A stretch of DNA of 64,000 nt from an uncultured Acidimicrobiia bacterium (GTDB taxonomy: Bacteria > Actinomycetota > Acidimicrobiia > IMCC26256 > JAENVU01), in assembly GCA_963848485.1 (NCBI GenBank), contig CAWKDX010000001.1, forward strand, positions 235,145-299,144, read 5' to 3'. Under the pieces are notes generated by a model. That model was not told where the DNA came from. It ran no database searches and was given only the letters and a program-made list of their open reading frames with translations. The first letter of the stretch is position 1. The number at the start of each line of letters is the position of its first letter. The position numbers were made by a program, and so were the translations under genes. Shown one piece after another: positions 60,170 to 64,000 of this stretch.

Positions 60170-61140
60170 GCCGCGCGGCAGCGACGAAGCGACCGAGCGC
60201 GGCGATCCGGGCGTGGCACGGTGCGGCTGCTGCCGTGCTCACCGCCGGGGAGTGCGAGGTGGTGGTGCTCCCGTCGGTCGGGATGCTCGTGCCGTCGTTC
60301 ACCCACCGCGGCGCCGAGCTCGTCGCGTTGCCGGGTGGGCTCAGCGCGTACCGCGCCGGTCACACCACCGGGATCCCGCTGCTCTACCCGTGGGCCAACC
60401 GGCTGGCGCGCGACCGGTACCGCGAGGGGGAGATCGAGGTCGACCTCCGGGGGCTCGATCTCCACACCGACGACAACGGTCTGCCGATCCACGGCTTGAT
60501 GCTCGCCCGCCCCGAGTGGGAGGTCACCCGGCTCGGCGCGGGACCGCGCAGCGCCCGGCTCGCGGCTCGCTTCGACTGGGCCGCGCACGAGGACCTGATG
60601 GCCGCGTTCCCGTTCCCGCACGAGCTCGCGGTGGACGTCACGCTCGCGGCCGCGGGTCTGCGCGTCGTGACCACAGTGCGCCCGAACGGACCGGTGAGCG
60701 TTCCCGTCGCGTTCGGCTGGCACCCGTACCTCCAGCTGCCGGGCTCGCGGCGCGACGACTGGGAGCTGACGTTGCCGGACGCGGCGCACGCCGCGCTCGA
60801 CGGTCGGGGCATCCCGACCGGGCGAGCCCGTCCGGTCGCGTCGGAGTCGGCGCGGCTCGGCGGCCGGGACCTCGACGACCTCTACGCGCTCGGCCCGGAG
60901 CGCACCCTCGAGCTGGCGGCCGGGGACCGGCGCCTCACGATCACCTACGACGACGGGTACCCCTACGCGCAGGTCTACTCACCGGCCGGGGCATCGTTCT
61001 GTGCGATCGAGCCGATGACCGCGCCGACGAACGCGCTCGTCTCGGGTGACCACCCGTCGGTCCGACCCGGCGAGACCTTCTCCGCCGCGTTCACGCTCGC
61101 GGTCGCCAAGCCATCGCGGCGCAAGCCGCCCCTCGGCTGA
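60166..61140 (+). CDS. Aldose 1-epimerase family protein
   Basis: Intact; ATG overlaps the coaA stop (ATGA). GIPLLYPWANRL, LPIHGL, FGWHPYLQLPG, FCAIEPMTAPTNAL. Confidence 0.7.
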   Translation: MSRAAATKRPSAAIRAWHGAAAAVLTAGECEVVVLPSVGMLVPSFTHRGAELVALPGGLSAYRAGHTTGIPLLYPWANRLARDRYREGEIEVDLRGLDLHTDDNGLPIHGLMLARPEWEVTRLGAGPRSARLAARFDWAAHEDLMAAFPFPHELAVDVTLAAAGLRVVTTVRPNGPVSVPVAFGWHPYLQLPGSRRDDWELTLPDAAHAALDGRGIPTGRARPVASESARLGGRDLDDLYALGPERTLELAAGDRRLTITYDDGYPYAQVYSPAGASFCAIEPMTAPTNALVSGDHPSVRPGETFSAAFTLAVAKPSRRKPPLG

Positions 61141-61144
61141 GCGG

Positions 61145-62101
61145 CTACGGGCAGGTCACGTACCGGTCTCGCTCCGGGGTCTCGCCGAGCCACTGCGCCG
61201 TCGCCCGGAGCCCCTGGTCGAGCCCGGTCACTGCCGCCCACCCGAGCTGGTCACGCGCGCGTCGAGGATCGGACCTCCAGCTCGCGGTGTCCCATGACCG
61301 ATCGGGCATCGTTCCCCAGCTCGGCTCCTCCTCCACGCCGAACACCCCGCGCACGATGCCGACGAGCTCCTCGAGCGTCGTCTGCTCTCCGCTCCCCAGG
61401 TTCCAGATCGCACCCGGCCGACGAGTGGCCTCCCGCGCGGCCCGCACGATGCCGTCGACCGCGTCGTCGATCCAGACGAAGTCGCGTGCGGTCGACGGGC
61501 TGGTGAGGACGGGAAGCGTCCCTGCGAGCGCGCACACGACCAGCCGGGGCATCAGGCGGGTCGGCTCTTCCCAGCGGCCGTAGACGGAGTAGAGGCGGAC
61601 GGTCGAAGCCGCCAGCCCGGTGGTGCGGGCCCAGTGCGAGACGGCGTGGGTCGCCGCGCACTTCGTCACCGCGTAGACGCTGTCGGGATGGACGATCTCG
61701 TCCTCGGCCGGCGCATGGTCCTTGAGCCCGTACTCCGAGGACGATCCGGTGTGGACGAAGCCGGCGCAGGCGCCGGTCTTCGCGACCGCGTCGAGGAGAT
61801 TGAGCGTCCCGAGCGTGTTGACCTCGACGATCCTCCGGTAGTCGGTCTGGCTCGCGTACGCGCCGTGGGCGGCGAGATGGAAGACCCATTCGGGACGGAT
61901 CGTCGCGACGAGCTCGTTGACCCGGTCCGAGTCCTCGAGTGGGCAGACGTGCGTGCGGATCTGCTCGAGCCCGTCCAGACGCCACCGGTTGGTCTCCCGT
62001 CGCGTCAGGGCATGGACCTCGAGCCCGTCGTCGACGAGGCGGCGAACGACGTTCGCACCGACGAAACCGGCGCCGCCGGTGACGAGCGCCGACCCGTTCA
62101 T
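61145..62101 (-). CDS. NAD-dependent sugar epimerase/dehydratase (extended SDR)
   Basis: Intact 318 codons at the end of ORF 61145-62911. ATG 62101. ALVTGGAGFVGANVVRRL, HLAAHGA, GSSSEYG, YAVTKCAATH (YxxxK), RLYSVYG. Confidence 0.8.
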   Translation of the reverse strand: MNGSALVTGGAGFVGANVVRRLVDDGLEVHALTRRETNRWRLDGLEQIRTHVCPLEDSDRVNELVATIRPEWVFHLAAHGAYASQTDYRRIVEVNTLGTLNLLDAVAKTGACAGFVHTGSSSEYGLKDHAPAEDEIVHPDSVYAVTKCAATHAVSHWARTTGLAASTVRLYSVYGRWEEPTRLMPRLVVCALAGTLPVLTSPSTARDFVWIDDAVDGIVRAAREATRRPGAIWNLGSGEQTTLEELVGIVRGVFGVEEEPSWGTMPDRSWDTASWRSDPRRARDQLGWAAVTGLDQGLRATAQWLGETPERDRYVTCP

Positions 62102-62829
62102 CGCTTCTTCGGGCGTTCCTCGACGAAGGACGGAAGCCGTCGTTGCAGGTCCCATCGGAGCGCGAACGCCTGGGTGTACATGTTCCACGCGGACTTGTAG
62201 TTCGTGGTCGAAGTGCCCGAGTGCCGAGGGAGCGGGCCGACCGCGAACTCGACCATTTGGTAGTCGAGCGCGTTGCAGGTCGCGACGAACTCCGCGTCGA
62301 TCATGTCGTCGACCCGGCGCAGCTCCCGCAGCGCGGTGTACTCGGCGGGGAAGACCTTGGGCGTGCCGTTCACGTCGAAGACGGAGAGCTCGAACAGGAG
62401 CCGGCACTCGAGGTTGTACAGGACGGACCCAGCTCGACGCACGAAGCTGTCGCGCACGCGCCGGTTGGCCTTCACGACCGAGCCCGGTGCCGCGGCTGCG
62501 AGCGCCACCGCTGTGCGCAGCACCTCGGGTGGGGTGCGGGCCAGGTTCGTGTACGCCAGCAGGTCTCCGGTCGCGGCCCGGAGCCCCATCCCGACCGCGC
62601 GGCCCCATCCCGACCGGTCGGCCCGGAGCACCTGGACTCGAGGGTCCTCGGCGCGCAGCGCGTCCGCCGCCGCGTCGGTTCCGTCGCGGGGGCCGTTGAC
62701 GACGAGGACGACCTCGACGGCCATGCCGAGCTTGCTCACCACGTCCATCATCTCCGGGACCACACGACGGATGTGGTCCACCGCCTTGTACGCGGGGAGG
62801 ACGATCGAGATGTCGGGCGGTTCGGTCAT
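62098..62829 (-). CDS. GT2 glycosyltransferase, polyprenyl-phosphate sugar synthase-like (DPM1/GtrB-like)
   Basis: Intact 243 codons. ATG 62829 overlaps the upstream stop; the stop overlaps the downstream ATG. ISIVLPAYKAVDHIRRVV...EVVLVVNGPRDGT...ANRRVRDSFVRRAGSVLYN...DVNGTPKVF. Confidence 0.8.
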   Translation of the reverse strand: MTEPPDISIVLPAYKAVDHIRRVVPEMMDVVSKLGMAVEVVLVVNGPRDGTDAAADALRAEDPRVQVLRADRSGWGRAVGMGLRAATGDLLAYTNLARTPPEVLRTAVALAAAAPGSVVKANRRVRDSFVRRAGSVLYNLECRLLFELSVFDVNGTPKVFPAEYTALRELRRVDDMIDAEFVATCNALDYQMVEFAVGPLPRHSGTSTTNYKSAWNMYTQAFALRWDLQRRLPSFVEERPKKR

Positions 62830-63753
62830 CTGGACCGAGCGAGCTCGAGGAACCGCTGCTCGAGCTGGGGTGCGGAGATCCCGTGGAGCTCGTGCAGGAA
62901 CGACTCGCCACCGAGCTGGTCCGAGGAGCACGGGTCCTCGACGCAGCAACGAAGCAGTGGGACCGCGAGCCCGGATGCCGCGATCTCGTCGGCGACGATC
63001 GACCCCAGAGCGCCCCCGCGCACGTGCGCCTCCACGGTCGCGGCCCAGGGTTGGTCCAGGAGGAGCCGGCGAAGGTGTGCTGCCGGCGGCGGAGCGAGCG
63101 TCGACATCACGCCGAACGAGCAGTCGACCCCCTGCGCCACGAGTGCCTCGACTGCGAGCGCGGCCTCGCTCGCGATGCTGCCGGTGGCCAGCACGAGCCC
63201 TGCGGCACCGTGCCGAACCATCGCGATTTCCTCCGGGTCGAACGCATCGTCGAGTCCGGCCACCCGGCGGCGTTCGTCTTTGCCGAGTCGGAGGTACACG
63301 GGCCCGCGGCCGCGTCTGCACGTGGCGCACCACCGATCGCGTCTGGCCGGCGTCAGCAGGAGCGAACACGCAGACGCGAGGAAGGAGGCGCATGACCCCG
63401 ATGTCCTCGAGGGCGTGGTGGGTCATCCCCGCCGCACCGTATTCGAACCCTCCGCCCATGCCGACGATCCGCACCGGCAGGTCGTGCCACACCGCTCCGT
63501 TGCGGAAGAACTCGAACCCACGCAGTGACGCGAAGGTCGCGATCGAGTAGCAGTAGGGGGTGAAGCCGGCCTCGGCCAATCCGGTCGCGATGCCGATGAG
63601 GTTCTCTTCCGCCACCCCGACGTTGTAGAACCGATCGGGGTGCCGGTCACGGAACGGCTCCAATGCCATGAAGCCGAGATCGCCGGTGAGCAGCACGATT
63701 CGTTCGTCTTCGGTGGCCATCTCGGTCAGCGTGTCGACGAAGGTGGCTCTCAT
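62826..63753 (-). CDS. Transketolase-like ThDP enzyme, C-terminal (Pyr + TKC) subunit (one frame change near 63300)
   Basis: ATG 63753. MRATFVDTLTEMATEDERIVLLTGDLGFMALEPFRDRHPDRFYNVGVAEENLIGIATGLAEAGFTPYCYSIATF...GMGGGFEYGAAGMTHHALEDIGVMRLLP. Then ORF 62826-63299 frame YLRLGKD...VLATGSIASEAALAVEALVAQGVDCSF. Confidence 0.75.
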
Positions 63754-64000
63754 GCGCCTTCCAGCTCGGCGAGCGCACACTCGTACTGCTCATCATCCAT
63801 TGGGAGGTAGTGCCACTTCAGCTCGCGTTCCATGAACGTGATGCCGCGACCGAAGACGGTCTTCGCGAGAACGACGCGAGGTGGACCGGTTCGATCCGTC
63901 ACATCGAGTGCGTCCACCAGCGCGGCCACGTCGTGACCGTCGACCTCGACCACCTCCCACCCGAACGCGGCGAACGCCTGCCCGGGGTCGGGGATGCCGA
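63750..64000 (-). CDS. Transketolase-like ThDP enzyme, N-terminal subunit (5' part outside the window)
   Basis: ...AFAAFGWEVVEVDGHDVAALVDALDVTDRTGPPRVVLAKTVFGRGITFMERELKWHYLPMDDEQY...*. The stop overlaps the next ATG (ATGA). Confidence 0.7.
   Translation of the reverse strand, partial: GIPDPGQAFAAFGWEVVEVDGHDVAALVDALDVTDRTGPPRVVLAKTVFGRGITFMERELKWHYLPMDDEQYECALAELEGA

Overview
High-GC (about 70% by eye) actinobacterial chromosomal segment. I resolve about 58 CDS and one tRNA.

(1) Positions 1-38.4 kb hold a very large cell-envelope glycan biosynthesis locus. It contains at least 10 glycosyltransferase domains and at least 4 sulfotransferase-type domains. It also has at least 4 SAM methyltransferases, two PhyH-type Fe/2OG dioxygenases, a GNAT, a NodB-type deacetylase and a WbpM/CapD-type dehydratase. 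Export and surface functions are a Wzm/Wzt-type ABC exporter, an MsbA-type exporter, an SPFH protein and two secreted beta-helix paralogs. An IS3-like OrfA remnant lies at its right edge.

(2) Positions 38.4-43.4 kb hold a methyltransferase, a SnoaL-like protein, a PAP2 protein, 3-hydroxybutyryl-CoA dehydrogenase, a thioesterase and a thiolase.

(3) Positions 43.5-55.3 kb hold the conserved actinobacterial division and Ser/Thr-signalling neighbourhood. It comprises crgA, trpG/pabA, and a minus-strand block with map order HhH-GPD glycosylase, pknB, pbpA, rodA, pstP, fhaB, fhaA. An MMPL transporter and tRNA-Leu(CAG) follow.

(4) Positions 55.3-64 kb hold a DinB-family protein, an orphan ABC pair, an OafA-like acyltransferase-SGNH protein, coaA, an aldose 1-epimerase, and a second sugar operon (split transketolase, GT2, SDR epimerase).

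Major caveat: roughly two thirds of the CDS can only be read by switching reading frame one to several times. This includes essential genes such as pknB, pbpA, rodA and pstP. I therefore interpret most interruptions as indel errors in the assembly rather than biology. Boundaries of interrupted genes are approximate.

Most six-frame ORFs in the supplied track are antisense or out-of-frame high-GC artefacts. All family calls come from motif recognition by eye; no database search was run.
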